A DNA stretch of 20,000 nt from Catajapyx aquilonaris (GCA_000934665.2 KZ538508.1:45479-65478); one strand, 5' to 3'; positions 10,366-19,255 are shown, counted from the first letter of the stretch. Translations and numbers: made by a program. The notes: generated from the letters alone by a model not told the origin.

Positions 10366-11302
10366 TCCAGGCAGCCGGGACAATGCTGATTAGGTGATGT
10401 CTTCTTGGCCCTCTGAAAACAGCATACACCAGTCCCCTACAACTCCCACCCCAGTTTTATGGAGACTTCCATGAGCTTAAAGAGTCTCTGCCAACCCAGA
10501 TTGGCGCTTCTATCACTGCATGGTCACCAAGACAGATTTGGGCGGACGACTTATGAACCAACCCAGACTGTTCTTTCCGCTGCAGCTGGATTCATAGCAC
10601 ATTTGCAGACTTGCCCGCCCAAGTGAGAGCCCTGGAGCGACAGAAGTGCCAATCTGAAAAATTCTACCCTCCCCAGGTAAGACACACTTCCAGCTCATTC
10701 ATGACTTGAAGATTGATGAAGAGCTGGCAGTAACAATGGGAGGGGAGTAGCAAATGGACCTTTCCACCATCATTTGGTATTTTGGTACATGTAGGGTGAA
10801 ATTCCAATGTTGTAGTGGTTTCTCACCTCTGACAAGGGAAGACCGTGACGTGTCACTAACAGATTTGGACAAAAATCGCTCTGTGGGTAACTCACATGTG
10901 TAGAATTCACTGGTGAACGTAAAAACCCACACTTCGCAGCCATTTTCGAGATATGAGTGACATCAGATCTGGCACGCTCAATATAGTGCATCCTCTTGCT
11001 CCCTTTTTAGACTTTTTATCATCATCGAAAGTGATGACCTGCCCAAGCTCACCGACTTATTCAGCCTGATGATGGTGAGTATAGGCGTTGTAATAAATAA
11101 GAGGCCCCATATAAGTGTAACGTACTGCATCGCTCAAAAAAATTAAGATGATTTTGTGTTAAATCCAAAGCAAAATCGTCTCCATCTTCTTGAGCGATAG
11201 AAGTACATAAGGAAGGTGATGTCACGTATCGTTAGTGCCCTTCTTGTACGAATTTTAGTCATACTTAATTGACGACATACCAGTCACAAACATGATGTTT
11301 TA

Positions 11303-12594
11303 CGAGGGGAGATCAAAATGTTTTGGGCCTGAGGTAGAAGGAATCAACGCACTGGGATGTACTGCCACCCAGACAAGGTGTCACTCACCATGATGACCCA
11401 TGCAAAGTTGCATCAAGATTGCTTCATCCATTCCCGACCTACAGGCCTGAGAGTGCAGTCATGTGTGAGGCCACCAGCAAAATCGAGAAATTGGAGGTGC
11501 GCGCCGTCATCAAATACCTGTGCAAGAAAGGTATGACACCGAAGCAGATTTTCCAAGACATGCAGGCGACACTGGCTGATGGTGCCCCACCTTATACAAC
11601 CATTAAGAACTGGGTTCAGCAATTTCGCTTGGGGAGAGAAGACATCGAAGACAACCCCCGCGAAGATCGTCCTGCCACTGCAACCACCCTAGAAAAAGTT
11701 GACAAATTACACGACATGGTTCTTGAAAATCGACGATTGACTGTCCATGAGATAGCTTTGTCGATGGGCATATCTTACGATACCGTACAATCAATATTGA
11801 CCGGTACCTAGGCGTTCCATAACGTCTGCACCCAATGGGTACCGAGAATGTTGATGCCAGATCAGAAGAGGACTCGAGCGCTGATTTCTAAGACGTCCCT
11901 GGCCCGGTACAAAGCTGATCCTGACAAGTTTTTGGCACAGTATGTCACCCAAGACGAAACGTGGTTACACCATTATGATCTTGAGAGCAAAGCACAAAGC
12001 AAAGAGTGGCGGCATTCAGTTCCCCTCCCCCCCCGCAAGTTCCGAGTGCGACCATGGGGGGGTAAGGTGTTAGCAAGTGTTTTTTGGGATTCGGAAGGGG
12101 TGTTGCTTGTGGGACCTGGAACATGGGAAGACGATCACAGGCACCTAATATGCTGACCTTTTGAAGAAGCTGAGGGAAGCCATCAAGGAGAAAAGGCGAG
12201 GAAAGTTGCTGCGCGGAGTGCTGCTGCATCAAGATGATGCACCTGCACATTCTTCACGTGTTGCACAGTGCGCAGCTCATGATTGTGGCTTCGAGGTGCT
12301 TCACCATAACCCCTATTCACCAGACTTGGCCCCCTCCGATTTTTTTGGGGTTTCAAAGTTGAAGGAACACCTTCGTGGGAGGAAATATGGAGGAGACAAA
12401 GAGCTGGTAGCTGCAGTTGATGAGTGGTTGGGGGGGCAGGAGCAAAACTTTTTTTTGCTCGACATCCAAGGACTAGAACACAGATGGGAAAAGTGTTTTG
12501 AGCTAGGAGGGGACTACGTAGAAATGTGACCAAATTTGGTGATTGTCATGTGAATAAAAATATCTCAGGCCCAAGACTTTTTGATCCACCCTCG
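11303..12594 (+). mobile_element. Full-length (1292 bp) but decayed mariner transposon, DD34D, irritans-like
   Basis: TA|CGAGGGGAGATCAAAATGTTTTGGGCCTGAG ... CTCAGGCCCAAGACTTTTTGATCCACCCTCG|TA, enclosing a transposase relic. Confidence 0.96.
11482..12529 (+). pseudogene. Mariner transposase pseudogene
   Basis: IEKLEVRAVIKYL (start probably mutated to ATC), WVPRML, TQDETW, LHQDDAPAH and YSPDLAPSD, with 34 residues between the second and third catalytic Asp. Frame breaks near 11810 and 12115. Confidence 0.95.
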
Positions 12595-13490
12595 TACATT
12601 TTTGAGCATCAAGAAATTGCTATGTAATTATTTTCATTCCGGCTTTCCACTTTATGTAGTTCTTCCTATGCAGGGGAAGGTATCATCATTCCAAGCCTCT
12701 ACAGGTAATGTGTCAGTGTTTAACGGAGTCCGTAAGGCGCCCATACTCGGCGAGAAACACACATGTGCCACATGACATTGAGCAGTATGTGCAGCCAAAA
12801 ATAAAACCATGTTAAGAACCTGACTAGAAAAAGGCGGGAGGGAGAAGGTGACAAAACAAGATTGGCAAATCATGTGAGTGTGATTAGAATAGACTTTTTC
12901 TCATTCTTTCAAGTATGAAACTTTATGGGTAATTTTTCCCCAAAGAAAGTAACATTGACGATGAAGTAGCCTAATTCAAGTTTAATAGTAGGCCTACTAA
13001 ATTTACAAATTGTTACAAAAGATTACAGTAGAACCCCTATTATCCGTCACGGGACTGAGGAATTGGTCTCAAACTCTGAAGTAGATTTGTGCAAATAGAG
13101 TGAACCCGGAAAACTGGAAGTGGCGGGTCACCGGAAGTTGGCCATGACACCTATTTAGGTCACATTTAATCCGAATCCGAAAACCGTATGCCACTATCTG
13201 TTGCAGTTGAGGCCCTGACACCTGTCAACAGACGGACAGACAGAGCCGTTCTAAGAGACTTTTTTTCGATGATGATAAAAAGTCTAAAAAGGGAGCAAGA
13301 GGATGCACTATATTGAGCGCGCCGTATCTGACGTCACTCATATATCGAAAATGGCTGCGAAGTGTGAGTTTTTACGTTCACCAATGAATTCTGCGCATGT
13401 GATTTACCCACTGAGCGATTTTTGTCCAAATCCGTTAGTGACACGTCATGGTCCCTTGTCTTCCCTTGTGAGTACAACCTTATAGTGTGT

Positions 13491-13844
13491 TCAATACAAA
13501 TTCGTTAGCAAACATGCTTGGATAAAATGGCCAATCTCATCCTGCTCGTAGCCATTGGTCCTCTTGCATGCTTGCAGGACAGTGTTGGCCAGGCATGTCA
13601 CACTCAAGCATCTCAAACTTTGGGTCTGTTTTCTTTGGGGCATGAAACATCTGGATAAGAGTGAAGCTGGCAGGTGAGACACGCTTTATTTTATTTTGAT
13701 TGATTGGGAAGAAGGCTTTCTCTGCATCTGTCACATTTCTTATGCTAATCACTCAACCGTGCAATGGAACACAGAGTTCTTCACCTTTGCTGTCATACAG
13801 ACCTCTGAAGGACTTGAACTCCACCAGTTGGACATTGAAGATGC
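13491..13844 (-). CDS. Two candidate terminal exons of an unidentified gene (13844-13758 and 13666-13491)
   Basis: Acceptors CCTTTTAG|GC and CTCACCTGCCAG|CT, a weak donor G|GTTGAG, and a 91-nt AT-rich intron. The phase-consistent join gives IFNVQLVEFKSFRGLYDSKGEELCVPLHASLLSRCF...HFIQACLLTNLY*. No family recognised. Confidence 0.35.
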
Positions 13845-13903
13845 CTAAAAGGACTTATGACTAGAGCAAATGTATTATGGTATATTACCATAGTTGTACT
13901 GTA

Positions 13904-13999
13904 TGTACTATGGGCGCCAAAAGAATTGACTGGAGTTGATGGGTATATAGCGCCATATACCCATCAAATCCGGTCAATTCTTTTGTCGCCCTTAGTACA
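13904..13999. mobile_element. 96-bp hairpin MITE (TGTACTATGGG...CCCTTAGTACA)
   Basis: Near-perfect palindrome with about 44-bp arms around a TAGCGCCA centre. It is flanked by TGTA/TGTA, or alternatively by an AT/AT TSD around GTAC ends. Confidence 0.8.
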
Positions 14000-14003
14000 T
14001 GTA

Positions 14004-14069
14004 TGGACATAATAGCAGTCCTCGGGCTGCCCATGCCGGAAAATTTTTAAAGGACTGCTATTATGTCCA
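14004..14069. repeat. Short foldback with perfect 19-bp inverted repeat
   Basis: TGGACATAATAGCAGTCCT (14004-14022) and AGGACTGCTATTATGTCCA (14051-14069). Confidence 0.75.
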
Positions 14070-14183
14070 GCTGTGAACAACACTAACCTTTCTTCTGATA
14101 GGCTCATTCTTTCCGTCGGATGTGTGTCTGACCTGATAGTATTGCTTTCTCTCGCACTACCTGAGTGTGGCGGGAGTGTACAA

Positions 14184-14402
14184 TGTACACCCGCGAGCAT
14201 AAAAATGGAGACGGCAGGCCCTCACCTTCGGCAGGCTGCTCTGCCAATTGCAGCTATTACGGTAGCAAATATACTGTCATAAATACACGAACACACGCAT
14301 GATGCAGCTAACTTGGTCCCAAAAGAGTTCATTAATTTGAGTCGGATAAAGAAAGGTCAAAAAAGGGCCTGCCGTCTCCATCTTTATGCTCGCGGGGGTA
14401 CA
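14184..14402. mobile_element. MITE with ~38-bp TIRs (TGTAC...GTACA)
   Basis: TGTACACCCGCGAGCATAAAAATGGAGACGGCAGGCCC ... GGGCCTGCCGTCTCCATCTTTATGCTCGCGGGGGTACA. Confidence 0.82.
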
Positions 14403-15210
14403 TAGTATGAAGTATGTGCCATCTATGCATGAAGATTAGTACTATGTGGTAAATTGGCGGGCCATCTCATTAAAGTCTTTTAATTGTCACTGTAATACTG
14501 ATTAATTATAGGTTTTGCCCAATTTTGGCAATTGCTTCACTAGTTAATAATATTTACACAGTATGCAACACCCTCCTTGCACGGCTGTGGACGTAGTACC
14601 AGATCTCTCACCTATATGTCACGTGCTGCACACTACTGATGATCCCCGCGGTCAAATAGAGGCACAAACACAAATCAATTAGATGTCCTGATTAGGCAGT
14701 TTGAAGCGATATATTCGCTGACCTCCATGTCAAACATAATTGTGGCGGTTATGTAAGCTGAGCAAAGGTCAGGATATTTCGATAGCATATTGTACTGCAG
14801 TTTCTAAATCATAGCATTAATGAATTGAATGAATTCAATATAGAGATACACTTAAAATTCAGTCAGTGTGCATCTTGTTTTATTCTCACACACAATGCTA
14901 ATCAGGTACATGATAATTTCAATGTCAAAAGCTAAAAAAAAGTTTCTAACTCCAGCATCAGGAACAAAATCATGAACACAAAAAATCTAACTTAAAACAT
15001 GTCGTACTTTTTTTTAAACTACTTTGTACTTCAGGCATAATAATTGTAAACTGTTAAACTGCATGCTTGCAAAGCAATGACTGGTCGACTGGTTGTGCCT
15101 CCACTTCTGACGGGTCATGCTGGGTCACGTCCTTGGTGTAAACATGGCTCACGAGACAATCTCCTGCCTGCAAGCAGTTCAGTTAATAAAAGCACAATGT
15201 TGTCATACCT

Positions 15211-15343
15211 GTGCCCGATTGCACCAACCAAAATTACAGATCCGATAGCTCCTAATGGATCGTTAGGAGCCCTAGCTTTTAACGTGTCCTATCTATCTGT
15301 TAGGAGCTATCGAATCGGTAATTTCGTTGGTGCAATCAGGCCC
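15211..15343. mobile_element. PIF/Harbinger-like MITE in the last SMC1-like intron
   Basis: GTGCCCGATTGCACCAAC...GATAGCTCCTAA versus TTAGGAGCTATCG...GTTGGTGCAATCAGGCCC. The TSD is not clean. Confidence 0.7.
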
Positions 15344-15503
15344 TAGTGTCCTTACATATGGCGCTATCCCGATAAGAGAGTCTGCATGGCTGTACAACTC
15401 GCTCTTCAGAGAGTTGATGATCACCTGAACTGACTTGCTGTTATCGCAGATGTAGTTGGCCATCTTACTTATATTGGGATTGTCAAGAGACACGTCAATC
15501 TCA

Positions 15504-15733
15504 GGAAAGACTAACCCTTACTGGCGTGCGGAACGCGGCATGGGGAGTGGTGGCAGCTTGGCTATGTCGCAAAGGCAGATTGATTTTTTGGATTTTGGAA
15601 GGGGTATGCTGTACCAACCTAACCTAACCTTCCTTCCTTGCGGATATACAGACCTATCTTAGCGACACAGCCCGCTGCCCCCACCAACTACTACCCTCCT
15701 GCCTCCCGCACGCCAGTAAGAGCAAGTACAGCC
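15504..15733. mobile_element. 230-bp TIR element (MULE-like) with perfect 8-bp TSD, inserted in the SMC1 Walker B codons
   Basis: CAATCTCA at 15496-15503 and at 15734-15741. GG...CC ends, imperfect TIRs sharing CTTACTGGCGTGCGG, and internal AACCTAACCTAACC. Confidence 0.9.
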
Positions 15734-16639
15734 CAATCTCATCCATCAGCAGCAATGGGGTAGTTGGGTTGTCATACTTGGACAATTGAAAAGGCTACGT
15801 ACACTAGGCAACTAGCATGTCGTATAACTGACTTGTGTATGGCGAACATAAGTGCGAGAGCAGTAAGTGTCTTCTCACCTCCGGACATGTCGCTCACAGA
15901 GAAGAACCGCTTACCTGGAGGGATGCAGGTGACCTCAATCCCATTCAGGTATGGCTCTTCTGGGTTTTGTGGAGCCAAAAGAACCTGGGCTGAATCGTTC
16001 CTACACAACACCTTAAAAAGTGTCTTGTACTGAATCATTGCCATAAAATGTCAAGTGTAAGTGCAGCTGCTTCAGCCAAGTATCAAGTGCAGCTTTGTAT
16101 TTTACAGAACAAGAGCACACCTTGTATATCTTGTCAAGCTCTGAAATAGTGTGGTCGAAACATTGCATGAAGAGGTGATGTCGTCTCCTTGACTTTTTCA
16201 AAGTCCTCCTTGGCCTTACGGACTGCCCTACAAGTGTCCTTAAATTCCCCCATGGCCGTGTTCATCCTTGCTTGGGCCATGCGCACCATTTCCTCCGCCT
16301 GAAAAATATGAAACAATTCAAACATGTCCTCCTATGGTATGCAATGATTGACTAACCCGCATGTTCGGAACGTATGAGTTGTTGAATAGTCGTTTCAGTT
16401 CTGTGATCTCGTAGGAAAGCATGTATCTGACCTCTCTGAACTCGTCTTTTCCAAGAAGTTTGTTCTCATCTAGCAATGTCGAGTAGTCTATCACTATCCT
16501 GTAACAAAATTCAAGTTGGCTGAACCAAGAGCTGATAATAGCAAGTAGAAACTAGGGAGGTTCCTTGTGGATACCCTTTACGTTAGGCCTATAAAATTAT
16601 TCTAGCTTTTTTATTTTCTCTAACATTATCCTCCATCCT

Positions 16640-16980
16640 CCCGAAAAAGTAAAAATAAGCCAAAGTTTGTCACTATCTGTGATAGATTACCTGCTTCGGT
16701 AATAGCATAGTCGATGCAGATATGCTGATTGGATGTGTAAAAAGAGGAATGTGGATAGAGTTTGCCCAGGAAAAGACTGCACAGCCATGTGTTTTGCTGA
16801 AATATACGTACCGCTACCTTTACCAGCACCCCAACATACCTGGACAACGCCGGGTAAACCCACGGTTGTTTGTAAGTTTGTAAGTAATATACCACTGCCA
16901 TAAAGAATAAAGCCAATTTCTGCACAATGTCAGTTGAAGTTACCAGATCGTAAAATTTTGCCCCCAAAGAGTGTGAGACT
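16640..16980 (-). mobile_element. Possible heavily decayed non-LTR retrotransposon APE endonuclease fragment
   Basis: Across different minus frames, KILRSGNFN*H (GDFN-like) and SFYTSNQHICIDYAIT (TF..S.IDY-like) occur in the expected order. Weak motif-only evidence. Confidence 0.3.
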
Positions 16981-17235
16981 TGTCCTTAATTGTCAAATTA
17001 ATTAGTGTGAATATGTGGTCAGGTAGCCTGGTCAAACAAACAAAGCAGATTTGAATTGACAGTTAGGAGCAGCTTTGAGTGTCTGCCACCAGGATCACTA
17101 GTGTGACAGGAAGTGGAAGTGGTGGGCTGCATTACACCCATTGCATTGGACCCATCCAATTTTCTCCAACCTTACCCCATTGTGCTGTGTTGGATAAGCC
17201 CAACCGTGTGGAAGATAACCGGTGAAGAGATCAAG

Positions 17236-18818
17236 ATGGAGGCGCAGACCATGTATAACTTGATACAGGCTATGAATGCATTCATGGATGGACTATCGGC
17301 ATTCATGGATGGACTGTCGCCCCTCATGTGGTTCGGACAACCTTCCCGATGTCTAGTCCAGCAGATGACTATGCGGACTCAGATTTTGGAATCCATGAGT
17401 GCCATGCTTGCAGGGATTGAGAGAGACATGGCTGCCATGGCCAGAATCGTGGTATGAATCTAAACCTTCTACTCTCTTATGTCTTAAGGCCTGTGAAGCA
17501 TTTAGCTTAAACCCAGTTTAAAGTAGCATTGCAACATATGGCACAAATTATGTTTACCACGGATTCTTTATTTCGCAGCTGGAGAAAAGACGTTCACGTA
17601 ATGCAGGGGCAGGCCCTGCAAATGTGGGTGAAGGCGGTAGTGTTGGGCAGCAACCTTTGATGAAATCCGTTGGCACTCAGACCGATGTAGTTAATGATGG
17701 CGAAGAGCCAATGATGGTTTCAAGCAGTACCCAAACTTGTTATACTGATGTTCCCAAGCCACCAGATGCTGAGGTTAGAACCGAAAAAAATTCATTTGTT
17801 GTGTAACTTTGAATCACCTGCAGATGATTATTCCTTGTGAGGAGGGGAACTTTAGGCTGCATTTAAGCTGCGTTTACATGTTAGCGATTTATCAGCGATA
17901 TTGCAGCAATGTTCTATCGGGTTCAAATACTTTTGGCCACTTGATCCTGGTCTTGAAGCAACCCTTCGCACAGACCCCACGTTAAGGAGGTGTGTGTGTG
18001 TGTGTGGACGCGTATTGCTATCCTTGTGAGGAATTTTTGACGCGTTTTTCCTATCCTTGTGAGGAATTTTGTCATTACGAGGTAGTTTTCCTGTACCTCA
18101 TAGTGAACACATGCCTCACAAGGATAGGGAAAAATCGAAAAATACCTCATAAAGACAGTAAAAATATATTTCACCAAAATTTCGTGTTTCCTTGTAGGTT
18201 AGGTTAGTTTTAAATTTTGGAAAAACCTCTCAAGGATAGGAATGTGTGTGTGTGTGTGTGTGTAAGGGTTGCTTCAAGACCAGGATAAAGTGGCCAAAAG
18301 TATTTGAACCCCATAGTACATCGCTAAGCAAAAGTAATAATGGTGGTAACTATTTATTTTTGCTCCAAGCAATTGGTCCCATCGCTCATTGATGTATATT
18401 GCTGATAAATTGCTCGCATGTAAACGAGGCTTTACATGTGAGTGATTGGCTCAGCCATGAGCATCACTGGGCGATGAAACCAATTGTTTGAGGCAAAAGT
18501 AACAATCAGTTTTTGCCCCCAAACCAAGTGAATCACTCACATGTAAACACAGCCTTAACCTGCTTCTACCACATTCAATGACCATGTTCCTTGAGTTGTG
18601 AAAATGAGCTCTTGCTCTTTATTAAGATGAAGTTGGGTTTAGGGTACTGTGGGGGAAGTGTTTGGCATCCATAGTATTGACTACTGTTTCTTGTTGTTAA
18701 GGGTGAAATGCAAGAGAACATGGAAACGGAGGAAGCCATCGCATCCCCTAAAGATGGACCCGGCATGAATGGAGATCATGTTAAGGGAGCAGTTGGTGGG
18801 CAACCACAGCTTAATTGA
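17236..18818 (+). CDS. Candidate spliced orphan gene (exons 17236-17451, 17579-17773, 18702-18818; about 175 aa) with two TQT motifs
   Basis: AAGATGG start; junctions GTG|GTATGA, TTTATTTCGCAG|CTG, GAG|GTTAGA and TTGTTGTTAAG|GGT, all phase 0 and stop-free to TGA 18816-18818. An alternative acceptor exists at 17824. No family recognised. Confidence 0.5.
17911..18319. mobile_element. Foldback MITE with AT-flanked GT(A/T)C ends (third layer)
   Basis: AT|GTTCTATCGGGTTCAAATACTTTTGGCCACTTGATCCTGGTCTTGAAGCAACCCTT ... AAGGGTTGCTTCAAGACCAGGATAAAGTGGCCAAAAGTATTTGAACCCCATAGTAC|AT. Confidence 0.8.
18007..18242. mobile_element. (TG)n-flanked element with repeated CTATCCTTGTGAGG motifs (innermost layer)
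   Basis: TG runs at 17991-18006 and 18243-18263. The motif is direct at 18018 and 18051 and inverted at 18114 and 18226; internal AGGTTAGGTTAG. Confidence 0.7.
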
Positions 18819-18979
18819 TTCTGGATCTCACAAGGTATCCTTTGGAAATTATCTAAAGTAACTGGTTGTCAGTCATCTGGCTAGTGGATAATATTCAGAC
18901 AATTTAACTGCTGATATATTCAAAGTTTAATCAATACCTTGAAATGACATTAATGCATCTCTTTGCCTCTCGGGTGCTG

Positions 18980-19255
18980 GGTTCAGTTCAGTGGGGCTTA
19001 ACATCAGCCTATTTCTGCCTCTAAGGCTCAACACCGACGCCAGGGGGTGGTCCTCCTCCTGGAAATTTGGCCACTCTGGGGATCTTTAACATGCACTCGC
19101 GCAATGTCACAAGCACACGGCTTTACTTCCCCTCCGAACTTCCCCCCTCTCACTTTTCTACCACCCGAAGAAAAGTCACCGACCTTGGCCGGGTTCGAGC
19201 CCACAACCTTGGGACCAGAGGCGAGCGCGCTAACCACTAGTCCACCAAGGCCGGC
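18980..19255 (-). mobile_element. Full-length tRNA-derived SINE with 16-bp TSD
   Basis: Minus strand: A box TGGACTAGTGG, B box GGCTCGAACCC, a central GGAGGGGAAGTAAAGCCG...CATGTTAAAGATCCC (Nin/Deu-domain-like) and a (CTGAA)n tail. TSD TGCCTCTCGGG(T/C)GCTG at 18964-18979 and 19256-19271. Confidence 0.93.

Larger units (their letters stand above)
10833..13468. mobile_element. Family 'B' copy 2 (inverted relative to copy 1), carrying a nested mariner
   Basis: TGA|CAAGGGAAGAC ... GTCTTCCCTTG|TGA with about 200-bp TIRs (10833-11030 versus 13264-13468). The interior on both sides of the mariner matches 3180-3670 in reverse complement. Confidence 0.88.
15054..16498 (-). pseudogene. SMC1: Diverged SMC1-like cohesin subunit, 3' five exons, disrupted (exons 16498-16357, 16298-16121, 16011-15833, 15776-15356 interrupted, 15167-15054)
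   Basis: GT-AG exons encode IVIDYSTL...VPNMR / AEEM...KAKEDFEKVKE-RHHLFMQCFDHTISELDKIYK / [56 protein letters not shown] / PLLLMDEIDVSLDNPNISKMANYI...SLKSELYSHADSLIGIAPY / AGDCLVSHVYTKDVT...*. This is colinear with the SMC1 C-terminal ATPase head. Lesions: frameshift at about 16184, probable frameshift at about 15760-15776, and an insertion at 15504-15733. Confidence 0.9.
17866..18431. mobile_element. Second PIF/Harbinger-like MITE inserted in the left TIR of the first
   Basis: TTA|AGCTGCGTTTACATGTTAGCGATTTATCAGC ... GCTGATAAATTGCTCGCATGTAAACGAGGCT|TTA. Confidence 0.8.
17855..18554. mobile_element. PIF/Harbinger-like MITE (outermost layer of a four-level nest)
   Basis: TTA|GGCTGCATTTA[insert]CATGTGAGTGATT ... 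AATCACTCACATGTAAACACAGCC|TTA. Confidence 0.8.

Noticed and set aside
14634..14670. CTGATGA...GGTCAAAT, a possible hammerhead ribozyme core
   Set aside because: The essential GAAA box is missing and there are no convincing stems I and III.
15504..15733. Element acting as a precisely spliced introner
   Set aside because: The GT/GC donor and AG acceptor combinations I tried near the ends give frameshifts, stops or large insertions within Walker B.
19180..19255. tRNA gene
   Set aside because: It is the head of a SINE: there is a downstream body, tail and TSD, and no poly-T terminator directly after the tRNA-like part.
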